NCBI GenBank assembly: GCA_964623205.1
Contig: CAZUQX010000001.1
Location: 153,954 to 217,953, forward strand
Direction: 5' to 3'
Source of the DNA: an uncultured Candidatus Bathyarchaeia archaeon
GTDB lineage: Archaea > Thermoproteota > Bathyarchaeia > Bathyarchaeales > Bathyarchaeaceae
Length of the DNA stretch: 64,000 nt
The translations under genes were made by a program, and so were the position numbers. The notes under the pieces are model-generated. The model was not told the origin of the DNA and searched no databases. It was given only the letters and a program-made list of their open reading frames with translations. This document shows, one piece after another, positions 38,905 to 46,789 of this stretch (position 1 is the first letter of the stretch; each line of letters starts with the position of its first letter).

Positions 38905-38966
38905 TTGACTTGCTTTAGGTATATTATTTAGGATAATAATCTTCTTATTTAATTTTGACTTGCTTT
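38905..38966. repeat. exact 12-nt direct repeat TTGACTTGCTTT, two copies 50 bp apart
   Basis: Copies at 38905-38916 and 38955-38966, in the AT-rich spacer upstream of the 38869 membrane-protein gene. Confidence 0.7.
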
Positions 38967-39173
38967 CGTTCACCCTGCAATATTGCTGCCCATTGGTCTT
39001 GCGTATTCTTATAATAATTGGATTTTGCTCTTCGCTGTGAACTGGTAATGAAAAGATGAATGTTAAGTATAAATTACGCATCCATAAGATTTTAAACGCT
39101 TTGAAGCGTAGGATTCATCCTAGAAGCGGTTGAGAGTGCCTCTTACGCCGCGGGTCAGAAAAGGAGACAACAA

Positions 39174-40154
39174 ATGTCGAAAGTTTCGAAAAAAGAACTG
39201 CATGAGCTGTACAAAGATCATAAAGTGCAGCTTCTTATCAGCAAGTTTGTGAGCGAAGAGCTTGGTAAATTGAATCCGTTTTACGATCCGAAGCGTGGTT
39301 TTAGGTATCCGATTGTGGATGAGATTGTGGGGGGCTCCTCCAGCACAGAGCAATTTTTGCAGAAACTATTTGAGGGCGGCGTTCTGGAGAGGAAACTTCA
39401 AGACAAAATCATCTATTGTCCGTCTTGTAGTTCAGCGAACGTTTCTATTCATTACACCTGTCCTCACTGCAAATCTTTCGATGTCAAGAAGAGTGCCTTG
39501 ATTGAGCACATTAAATGTGGGTATATTGACACTGAAGACCACTTTCAGGAAGAAGGCAAACTAGTTTGTCCTAGATGCCACAAAGAATTAACAAATCCTG
39601 ATTTGGACTATCACAAAGCAGGAGTATGGTGTACCTGTAATCAATGTAGCAAGAGCTTTGACATTCCGGTTCCAGCCCACTTTTGCCGTGAATGCCATGA
39701 AGGATTCAGTTTTGATGAAGCCATTTACAAAGACGTGTACTCCTACAGTTTAACCTCAGATGCTAAACAAGAAGCGACGATTGGTTGGGTTCTGATCGCG
39801 CCTATGATGGAATTTTTGGATGGTCTCGGATTCGAAGTAGAGAGTCCTGGTTTCTTGAATGGAAAATCTGGGACCAGTCACATGTTTGACTTAACCGCCG
39901 TCTCTGCTGGGAAGAAACAAAACACAACCGCAATTGATCTTGCAACTTCCACGGAGGGTGTTGTATCTGAGCAGTCGGTAATCTCGATGTTTGCTAAGAT
40001 TTTTGATGCTACACCAGACAAGGCGTGTCTTGTGGCGATTCCAAAGATGAATGAGAACGGGAAGAAATTGGCGGCACTTTACAAGATAGATCTGATTGAG
40101 GCCAAAGATCAGGATGCGGCACTAGAAGCATTGAAGGCTTGCGTAGCGAAATAA
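39174..40154 (+). CDS. multi-zinc-ribbon protein with C-terminal alpha/beta domain
   Basis: CPSC..CPHC, CPRC..CNQC and CREC pairs in the centre. The C-terminal block is GKSGTSHMFDLTAV. The gene is convergent with the pilus operon, with stops 1 nt apart. Confidence 0.55.
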   Translation: MSKVSKKELHELYKDHKVQLLISKFVSEELGKLNPFYDPKRGFRYPIVDEIVGGSSSTEQFLQKLFEGGVLERKLQDKIIYCPSCSSANVSIHYTCPHCKSFDVKKSALIEHIKCGYIDTEDHFQEEGKLVCPRCHKELTNPDLDYHKAGVWCTCNQCSKSFDIPVPAHFCRECHEGFSFDEAIYKDVYSYSLTSDAKQEATIGWVLIAPMMEFLDGLGFEVESPGFLNGKSGTSHMFDLTAVSAGKKQNTTAIDLATSTEGVVSEQSVISMFAKIFDATPDKACLVAIPKMNENGKKLAALYKIDLIEAKDQDAALEALKACVAK

Positions 40155-40155
40155 A

Positions 40156-43023
40156 TCAACTTCCGGAATATACTGCAGTGTTTCCCCGTTCAGTCACAAC
40201 TTTCACGGTGTAATTACCTGTTGGTAACCCGATGTCTGTGCGAAGGTAATTTTTGGTATCTGCAGAATTCACGAAAACATCTATGCCGTAATGTTGATGG
40301 TCTGTCGAGTTAATTATCCATAATGAGACCAGATGGAGGGTTAGGCCTCCGTCGTTTTTGAAGGTAAATCGAGTTCCGTCCACTTTTACTCTAACTCCCA
40401 GAAAATCTACATCAACAGATGTTTGGTCACTATCGGCACCCAAGTCCACAAATTTGACGTTTATTGTACCGTTGCTATGAACATAGCTTTGCCATACATT
40501 TGTGAGATTCACAGCATAGTAGTCCCACCCTGTTGTCGGCGTGTAGCCTTGGGTATAGTTGAAGCCGTAGTCACTGTAGGTGGAGGCTGTCCAGTTGTAG
40601 GCTTTCAGATACCATTTCTCTGCAGAGTGATCAGCCCTATACCTCAACTGTATCTCAACTGCTTGAATATCTTCCAACAGGTATGTGGACGTGTCTATTG
40701 TGAAAGCTCCGTTTATGTCAAGTTGATAATTTTCGGGGCTTAGTTCTATAAGGTCGGCTTTGAAGTCAAAGCTTGTGTCTGTTGTTTTCACTCCTTTAAG
40801 TTTCATCCTCCAGTGGCTTGTGGCGTTTCTGAAATGGGTAGGATTCTGCGTTATTGTTTGGCTTTGGGCCTCATCTGTATCTGCAGTGGCGCTTGACAGG
40901 TAATTTATGTAGCCGTCTCCGCTTGTTGGATAAGCCCCAAGGGTGAAATTATAAAGTTGCATTGTAACATTCACTGAACCCGTTGTCCATGCGCTGTCGA
41001 TCATCCAAGTTAGCTGACTCCAATCTTCCATGTCGCTTGAACCCGTGAATTCAACCTCTGCAATGTATTCGCTGGACCAGACGTGTAGTAGCGTTGCATC
41101 AATGTCCCAGCTGTCTTGGGTGGCATCGCCTGTTTCTATTCCTCCTTTGAATCTGATCGTAAATGTTGAAGAGGCGAGGTATGAGGAGACTGACGCGTTG
41201 TTCCATCCGCTCGTGAGGTCTGTGAAAATGTTTTGCCATTCTGTGCCGGTCCAAACGTCTACCCGAAGGTTTTCAATAGGTGGGGCGCCAAAGGGAACAT
41301 CGGAGGCGAAGGCGTAGCTTCCGGAACCTGAACCATCGTTGTTATCGGGTCCCACATCATCGAAATTGTTGTTTAGCTTGAAGTAGGACCTTAGGTTAGT
41401 TTCGGAGCCGGTGAGTTCGGTGTTGTAGTCGCTTTGTATCTCAGGTAAGTTTCGATCGGTATCCCAGTATCTCAGATCTTCTCCATGGCCATCTGTTGCA
41501 TCTACGCCTCCTCTAGCGGCCATGAAATTGTTTTGTGTGACACCTAAAGTTGAAACTGTAGATGTCCAGGCGTTGTTGTAGGCGTCCTGTGCTGGAGAAG
41601 TGTCTTGGTCTCCAACGTATAGATACAGGTCGTCAGTGTTTTCGTCCCATACGATTGCAATGAAGTACCATTCTTCGGCTGTGAAGCTTGTGCTGCTTGT
41701 AAGAGAACTTGTACCTCCCCAGTCAAGAACCAGATTTGTGCCAGAAAATCTAGCTTCCATGTCAGTGTGTTGACCCCATGGTCTATCAGCAATTGTGTCC
41801 CATTGAATCCAGAATGATATAGTTCCTGTTGTGGAGCCCCAGTTAGGGGTTCCGTTACCGATTTGCATGTATCCACCTGTGGCATCCAGAGAATGCGAGT
41901 TACTTCCCGTGTTTACATAGATTGCTAGCCCCTCGTTAGTTTCATCGTAGTCAACGTTAGTCCATTGGACTTCTAAATCTAATTCGCAATTGGTTTGGTC
42001 TGTTTCCTTATTCACAGTCACCAAATCAACATAAGCATCATCGTTGGAATAGCTCGTAGTTGTATGCCATCGTATTTTGAAATCTGAGTTGAAATATTGG
42101 CTATCTGTAACTTCTACTTGATAGTAGAGCCATTGAGTGGATGATGTTGCTCCCAGATCATAAATTGTATCCCAAAAAAACCCATCATAATATTGAAGCA
42201 CAAACTCGTTAGGCTCGCATCCTCCATCTCTGTACCAGAAGTCCACGTAAATCGCGTCTGCATCAGAACAATCTATATCGGGAGTAGTCAGGTCTCCAGA
42301 GCGTCCACTAGAGCCATCAAAATATGCTGAATAGGATCCATCGTAGGCCTGGCTGTCATCTTTATTCCAATAGCCAGTTTCAGTCCACCCGGCTGGAGGC
42401 CAAGTGCCTTCAAATGATTCTGCATCAATCAATGTAGTATTTCCCAAACCTCCACTGTTTCCCTCAGTCAACATATCGTAAACCGAGTTTGGGCCAGTCT
42501 GTTGTGCTGTGAAGTTTCTGTGGGTTCCTTTGTCAGCAGAGGAGTCTAAGTCAGACGTGTTGTTGTCTACGAAATCTGGCGTATCTGTTTCTGTGGAATA
42601 GCTTCTGAAACTCATGTAGGTACCGTCATCTAAAGTTAAATCTGAAACACTTCCTGAAACCCAGCTCGTTGAACCACCAAGACTATACACGGAAGGACTG
42701 TGAGGCAGAACTGAAGTTTCACTGAACCTCTCGAAAACCTCGTCAGCGGTTTGCGTATTCACATAAGTTCCATTTACGAGGATGCCTGTGTTCACTGTAT
42801 ATTCGCTTTGGGCTCCAAGCCAGGAAGAACTAGTGACTTGTTCAACATTGGTGATGCTGGCGTTCTCTTTTAGTTTCTCCCAGTCATGCTGGTTCATCTC
42901 ATAACTCCACAAGACAATATTGGAGACTATTGCTAGAATGATCACTAGGCTAAGGGCAATAACTATTACGTTGCTGATGCCCCTTCGGTCCCTTTTAAGA
43001 CGGCGACGTGTAATAGTCCACAA
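40156..43023 (-). CDS. 955-aa secreted pilin-like adhesin (class III signal peptide; LamG-like and anchor-J/MAM-like beta domains)
   Basis: The N-terminus KRDRRG|ISNVIVIALSLVIILAIV is an archaeal prepilin-type signal. The internal GTISFWIQWDT...EEWYFIAIVWDENTDDLYLYVGD matches the LamG pattern. It is W/Y/T/N/D-rich. Confidence 0.7.
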   Translation of the reverse strand: MWTITRRRLKRDRRGISNVIVIALSLVIILAIVSNIVLWSYEMNQHDWEKLKENASITNVEQVTSSSWLGAQSEYTVNTGILVNGTYVNTQTADEVFERFSETSVLPHSPSVYSLGGSTSWVSGSVSDLTLDDGTYMSFRSYSTETDTPDFVDNNTSDLDSSADKGTHRNFTAQQTGPNSVYDMLTEGNSGGLGNTTLIDAESFEGTWPPAGWTETGYWNKDDSQAYDGSYSAYFDGSSGRSGDLTTPDIDCSDADAIYVDFWYRDGGCEPNEFVLQYYDGFFWDTIYDLGATSSTQWLYYQVEVTDSQYFNSDFKIRWHTTTSYSNDDAYVDLVTVNKETDQTNCELDLEVQWTNVDYDETNEGLAIYVNTGSNSHSLDATGGYMQIGNGTPNWGSTTGTISFWIQWDTIADRPWGQHTDMEARFSGTNLVLDWGGTSSLTSSTSFTAEEWYFIAIVWDENTDDLYLYVGDQDTSPAQDAYNNAWTSTVSTLGVTQNNFMAARGGVDATDGHGEDLRYWDTDRNLPEIQSDYNTELTGSETNLRSYFKLNNNFDDVGPDNNDGSGSGSYAFASDVPFGAPPIENLRVDVWTGTEWQNIFTDLTSGWNNASVSSYLASSTFTIRFKGGIETGDATQDSWDIDATLLHVWSSEYIAEVEFTGSSDMEDWSQLTWMIDSAWTTGSVNVTMQLYNFTLGAYPTSGDGYINYLSSATADTDEAQSQTITQNPTHFRNATSHWRMKLKGVKTTDTSFDFKADLIELSPENYQLDINGAFTIDTSTYLLEDIQAVEIQLRYRADHSAEKWYLKAYNWTASTYSDYGFNYTQGYTPTTGWDYYAVNLTNVWQSYVHSNGTINVKFVDLGADSDQTSVDVDFLGVRVKVDGTRFTFKNDGGLTLHLVSLWIINSTDHQHYGIDVFVNSADTKNYLRTDIGLPTGNYTVKVVTERGNTAVYSGS

Positions 43024-43408
43024 CCTTTGTTCCCCTCCGGGTTACAACCTTAATCTCATAAACGGAGTCTGAACTCCAACTACAAGTGACGTTCAACCAA
43101 CCATGCTTATCCTCTTCCAATTCAAGAGACGTAAACGATTGCGATACACGGTCAACATACACGGCAGCTATCTTGATAGAAACCTTGCCCACATTGCGAA
43201 TGTACATTGAAACCTGATCTGTCGTAAACCAAACATCCTCAACAATGAGGCGTTCACCCATATTGTCGTGAAGATTATCTGTGATAACATAAGTAGCTGA
43301 AACAGCAATCGACATAGCAACAACAGCAAGAACCATCAATAAGAGATTGCTCAAGACAGGGGTTATTCCCCTCCTGTTCCGCAGTAGTTTTCTCACATTT
43401 TTCACCAT
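42995..43408 (-). CDS. archaeal type IV pilin
   Basis: RNRRG|ITPVLSNLLLMVLAVVAMSIAV class III signal peptide. ATG 43408 overlaps the upstream stop (TAATG). The ORF track extends to 43441. Confidence 0.75.
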   Translation of the reverse strand: MVKNVRKLLRNRRGITPVLSNLLLMVLAVVAMSIAVSATYVITDNLHDNMGERLIVEDVWFTTDQVSMYIRNVGKVSIKIAAVYVDRVSQSFTSLELEEDKHGWLNVTCSWSSDSVYEIKVVTRRGTKVVDYYTSPS

Positions 43409-44223
43409 TACACTACAAATTTGAAGGTCAGATATCCGCAAATCAAGAGAATAACACTGTGTTTTAGTCCGCCGCCAACTGTTCCCTCGCCCATTTTTCC
43501 AGCGACGAGACCTCCGAAGAAGGCTTGTATGGCACCCATGTGAAAGAAAATCTTTCTTGCTTCCTCAGGAGCCATCAGCTCAAACTGGCTTGTGGGGATA
43601 TCCGCCATGTCAACAAAGAAAGATTTGAAGAGCATAATAATTGTGAAGAGGAAGACGAAGAACGCCACGTAGATAATCGCAAGATAAGGCCTAGTCTGAG
43701 TTTTACGCTCGGCATCAAATGTCAAAATTGTCTGCACAAATTTCTGCAGCGGATCAAAAACTTCTTCAACCTTTCCTCCTGACCTGTGAGCTTCGAGAAT
43801 CAAGGGAATTGTTCGTCCTATAAGAGCGGTGTCAACACGCTGGCCAAAGGATTGAAGCGCCTCTTCGAAGGGCACTCCCCAGCTCATCTGGGCTACCATC
43901 TTCTTCAGTTCCTTGGTCAAAGGTCCATAATTCCTCTTAGATGCTTCCTCCAACGCCTGCGGCAAAGTCATCCCGGTTTTTTGAGCTTGAACTATGCTTC
44001 GAAAGAGGTCGGGAAGATGTTTGTCGATAGATCTCTTCCAACGATAATCTGCATAATCGAGGACAGCTGGAGGAAAAACGGTGATCACCACCGCTAATAG
44101 GAAATATTCATCGAAGAGAGGGCTATCCCTAAGGAAGAGGACAGCCGTTACGCATATTATTACCCCTAGAATACTCGAGACAATCCAAGCGATTTTCTTC
44201 TCAGACTTTCTAACTTTAGGCAT
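43408..44223 (-). CDS. type IV pilus platform protein, single T2SSF domain (TadC/EpdK-like)
   Basis: LPDLFRSIVQAQKTGMTLPQALEEA ... LILEAHRSGGKVEEVF plus C-terminal TM helices. Confidence 0.7.
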   Translation of the reverse strand: MPKVRKSEKKIAWIVSSILGVIICVTAVLFLRDSPLFDEYFLLAVVITVFPPAVLDYADYRWKRSIDKHLPDLFRSIVQAQKTGMTLPQALEEASKRNYGPLTKELKKMVAQMSWGVPFEEALQSFGQRVDTALIGRTIPLILEAHRSGGKVEEVFDPLQKFVQTILTFDAERKTQTRPYLAIIYVAFFVFLFTIIMLFKSFFVDMADIPTSQFELMAPEEARKIFFHMGAIQAFFGGLVAGKMGEGTVGGGLKHSVILLICGYLTFKFVV

Positions 44224-44227
44224 AGTG

Positions 44228-45118
44228 TCATCTCTTCGGCGACATCATATCCAAGATTACCAGAAATATCATTGACCCAATCGGCAAGCCGATGTAGGTC
44301 AAAAGTTGCAATAATAGACGAGAGTCCAAAGGACCAAATCCCCCACTCCCCAGCATAGCCATAACCGCAAGCATTACTATGAAGATGAGGGATCCCGCAA
44401 CCATCAGAGTGACGTAAAACTCCGCCAGAACTCCAAGAGTATCAGAGAAACGCTGCAGTGCAATCTGCTTTAATTTCATGTATTCTTGCGATCGGTCGCT
44501 GAGATATTTTTCCAAGTCTCCTCCTGAGTGGACAACGGCAATGAACCCTTCAAGCATCTCTTTAAACTTTTCAGAAGGCGTTCGCAGAGATGTATTTTCC
44601 AATGCTGAAATGGCGTTATAGCCGAAAAGCTCTATGTCCCGGACTATGGTTCTCGCCACGTTAGAGATTGCCAACGAGGCGTCAATTTGGGCTAAGGAAC
44701 GCCATATAAAGTCCGGAGGCACACCGGCCCCAGCTAAAATCGACATATATCCTACAGTAAAAGGGAGCTCATCATCCAAGGCTCTCTTCAGACTGTCTGC
44801 CCGAGATTTTGGATAAGAATAGAAACCTATCACGGTTAAAGCTCCTGCAAATAAACTTGCTCCGGCTCCAAAGAGAAGCGATTGAAAAAGAGAAAATCCA
44901 AAGATGAAAAATAAAAGCGCTGGAACAACAATTATAAGCGAGACAGATACCAACAGGCTCGCAAGAATGGCCGCGCTGACGTACGCTTTGAAGTTAACTC
45001 TCATCCCTGACTTCTTTAGGCTCACGTCCAAATCTTTGAACAATGGCAAGAATCGGTTTGCTCCTCCTAAGATGCGATAAGCTCTTTTGAGCCCCCCTCC
45101 CTCTTTGTTTGAAGTCAT
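44228..45118 (-). CDS. type IV pilus platform protein, single T2SSF domain (TadB/EpdJ-like)
   Basis: LPFTVGYMSILAGAGVPPDFIWRSLAQ ... FIAVVHSGGDLEKYL with TM helices at both ends. Confidence 0.7.
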   Translation of the reverse strand: MTSNKEGGGLKRAYRILGGANRFLPLFKDLDVSLKKSGMRVNFKAYVSAAILASLLVSVSLIIVVPALLFFIFGFSLFQSLLFGAGASLFAGALTVIGFYSYPKSRADSLKRALDDELPFTVGYMSILAGAGVPPDFIWRSLAQIDASLAISNVARTIVRDIELFGYNAISALENTSLRTPSEKFKEMLEGFIAVVHSGGDLEKYLSDRSQEYMKLKQIALQRFSDTLGVLAEFYVTLMVAGSLIFIVMLAVMAMLGSGGFGPLDSRLLLQLLTYIGLPIGSMIFLVILDMMSPKR

Positions 45119-46632
45119 GATTGTCCCAACCTAGCCTTTCGAAAGACGCGGATGGGATCAGCATAGTATTCTCTGATGACCGAAACGACATCGCTGTACT
45201 TACGAATCTCCTTTTTCACCATCCAGTCTAGTACCGTTTTTCTTCGATTAAGCTCCTCTAGAACCTCTTTTTCATCAAGTCCTTTGCGGTTCATTTTTTC
45301 ATCCAAGATGTGGCTATGGCCAGAATATACGTAAGTATCATGTCTTGCATCCCACCGATACACTTCGTTGGTTAACAGTTCCCTTGTCTTGGGATCTAAA
45401 CCAACGATCTCTGTTACTGTGCGAGTTCTTCGGGCGGGTTTTCCATTAACTTCGGTTCGCAACTGAACAGTTATAGCATCAATCATTGTTAGGAGAGGCC
45501 TCGGAATGTTCATTGGTTCTGATTCCAAACGGTGAATAACTGAACTTGCAGATTCGCCATGGATTGTTCCCATTCCTAGGTGACCTGTTGCCATGGCTTG
45601 GAAGAGGGTGTAAGCTTCTTCTCCCCGAACCTCGCCCACAAGTAGGTAATCTGGTCTCTGACGAACAGCTGCCTTCAAAAGATCAAAGAGCGTAACAGTT
45701 CTAGCACCTCTCTTATCGTGTCCGAACCCCATTCTTGCAACTGATGGAATCCAATTTTCGTGGGGCAAGTTTAACTCAGCAGTATCTTCTACACTGACTA
45801 CCTTTAGTTCAGGTTTGATGAACATCGAAAAGCAGTTGAGTGCAGTTGTTTTTCCAGAGGCTACACCACCGGATACGAGAATTGATGCCCTGTTTTCTAT
45901 TGCATACCAGAAGTATGCAGCCATATCAGATGAGAGAGTTCCGAAGGAGATCAGGTCAGAGATGGTGAGGGGGTCGGTACGGAAGCGCCGTATCGTAAAA
46001 GTTGAGCCTCTGCGGGTAATTTCGTCTCCGTAGGTCATTTGAACTCGGCTGCCGTCGGGTAGAGACGCGTCAACTATTGGCATTGCAAGGGAAATGTTCT
46101 TTTTCGACAAGTAAGCCAGTCTTACTATGAAGGAGTTTAGTTCTTCGCTGTTTTTGAAGAGAACGTTTGTTGGGAGAGATTCGTAGTTGCGGTGCCAAAC
46201 GTAGATTGGTATATTAACTCCGTCTGCTGATATGTCTTCGATCAGAGGGTCTTTCATGAGAGGATCTATTTTCCCGTAGCCTAGGAAGTCCCGTATGATG
46301 AAGTACATTAGTTTGTCCACAGCTTCCTCGGCGATTTTGAGGCGGTAATCCTTGATGATTTCAAGAATCTTAGTTTTTAAATACTCTTCAGCCTTGTCTC
46401 GTGTTCCGATTTCTTTGAGGTTGACATTGATTTCTTCAACCAATATATCTTTGATTTCTTTGAGTTGATCTTCCTCTTCTTTGATGAGGGTGGGTTCGAT
46501 CAGTTCATATTTTATTCGCTGGGTTTTTGGTTCAGTAACCACTGCCGCGTAGACGTAAGGCTCATGGATGGGGTATACCTCTCGGAAAACCGAGGCTTTT
46601 TTTTCAGGCGTAGATTCTGAGTTACCTTTCAT
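45115..46632 (-). CDS. FlaI/TadA/VirB11-family type IV filament assembly ATPase
   Basis: Walker A SGGVASGKTT, Walker B region PDYLLVGEVRGEEA and the His-box TGHLGMGTIH. 505 aa. 4-nt overlap with the next gene. Confidence 0.85.
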   Translation of the reverse strand: MKGNSESTPEKKASVFREVYPIHEPYVYAAVVTEPKTQRIKYELIEPTLIKEEEDQLKEIKDILVEEINVNLKEIGTRDKAEEYLKTKILEIIKDYRLKIAEEAVDKLMYFIIRDFLGYGKIDPLMKDPLIEDISADGVNIPIYVWHRNYESLPTNVLFKNSEELNSFIVRLAYLSKKNISLAMPIVDASLPDGSRVQMTYGDEITRRGSTFTIRRFRTDPLTISDLISFGTLSSDMAAYFWYAIENRASILVSGGVASGKTTALNCFSMFIKPELKVVSVEDTAELNLPHENWIPSVARMGFGHDKRGARTVTLFDLLKAAVRQRPDYLLVGEVRGEEAYTLFQAMATGHLGMGTIHGESASSVIHRLESEPMNIPRPLLTMIDAITVQLRTEVNGKPARRTRTVTEIVGLDPKTRELLTNEVYRWDARHDTYVYSGHSHILDEKMNRKGLDEKEVLEELNRRKTVLDWMVKKEIRKYSDVVSVIREYYADPIRVFRKARLGQS

Positions 46633-46789
46633 TAGCCCTCACGTTTACTCCATTGTTTAGTTCTGCCGATAGGGAATTGGCTGATGGAGCCGTTTTCTGT
46701 CGTTTCCATGGCAAAAATATATTGTATAGTAAGACTTAATAAAATCTATGGAGTGAGAATCACTTATCTCTTGAACATCCCAACAAAAG

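Noticed and set aside
40423-41885. Alternative-frame ORFs inside the 955-aa gene (40423..40743, 41030..41317, 41544..41885)
   Set aside because: They are embedded in a 2.9-kb uninterrupted ORF with a coherent signal peptide and domain patterns. Their translations are low-complexity.
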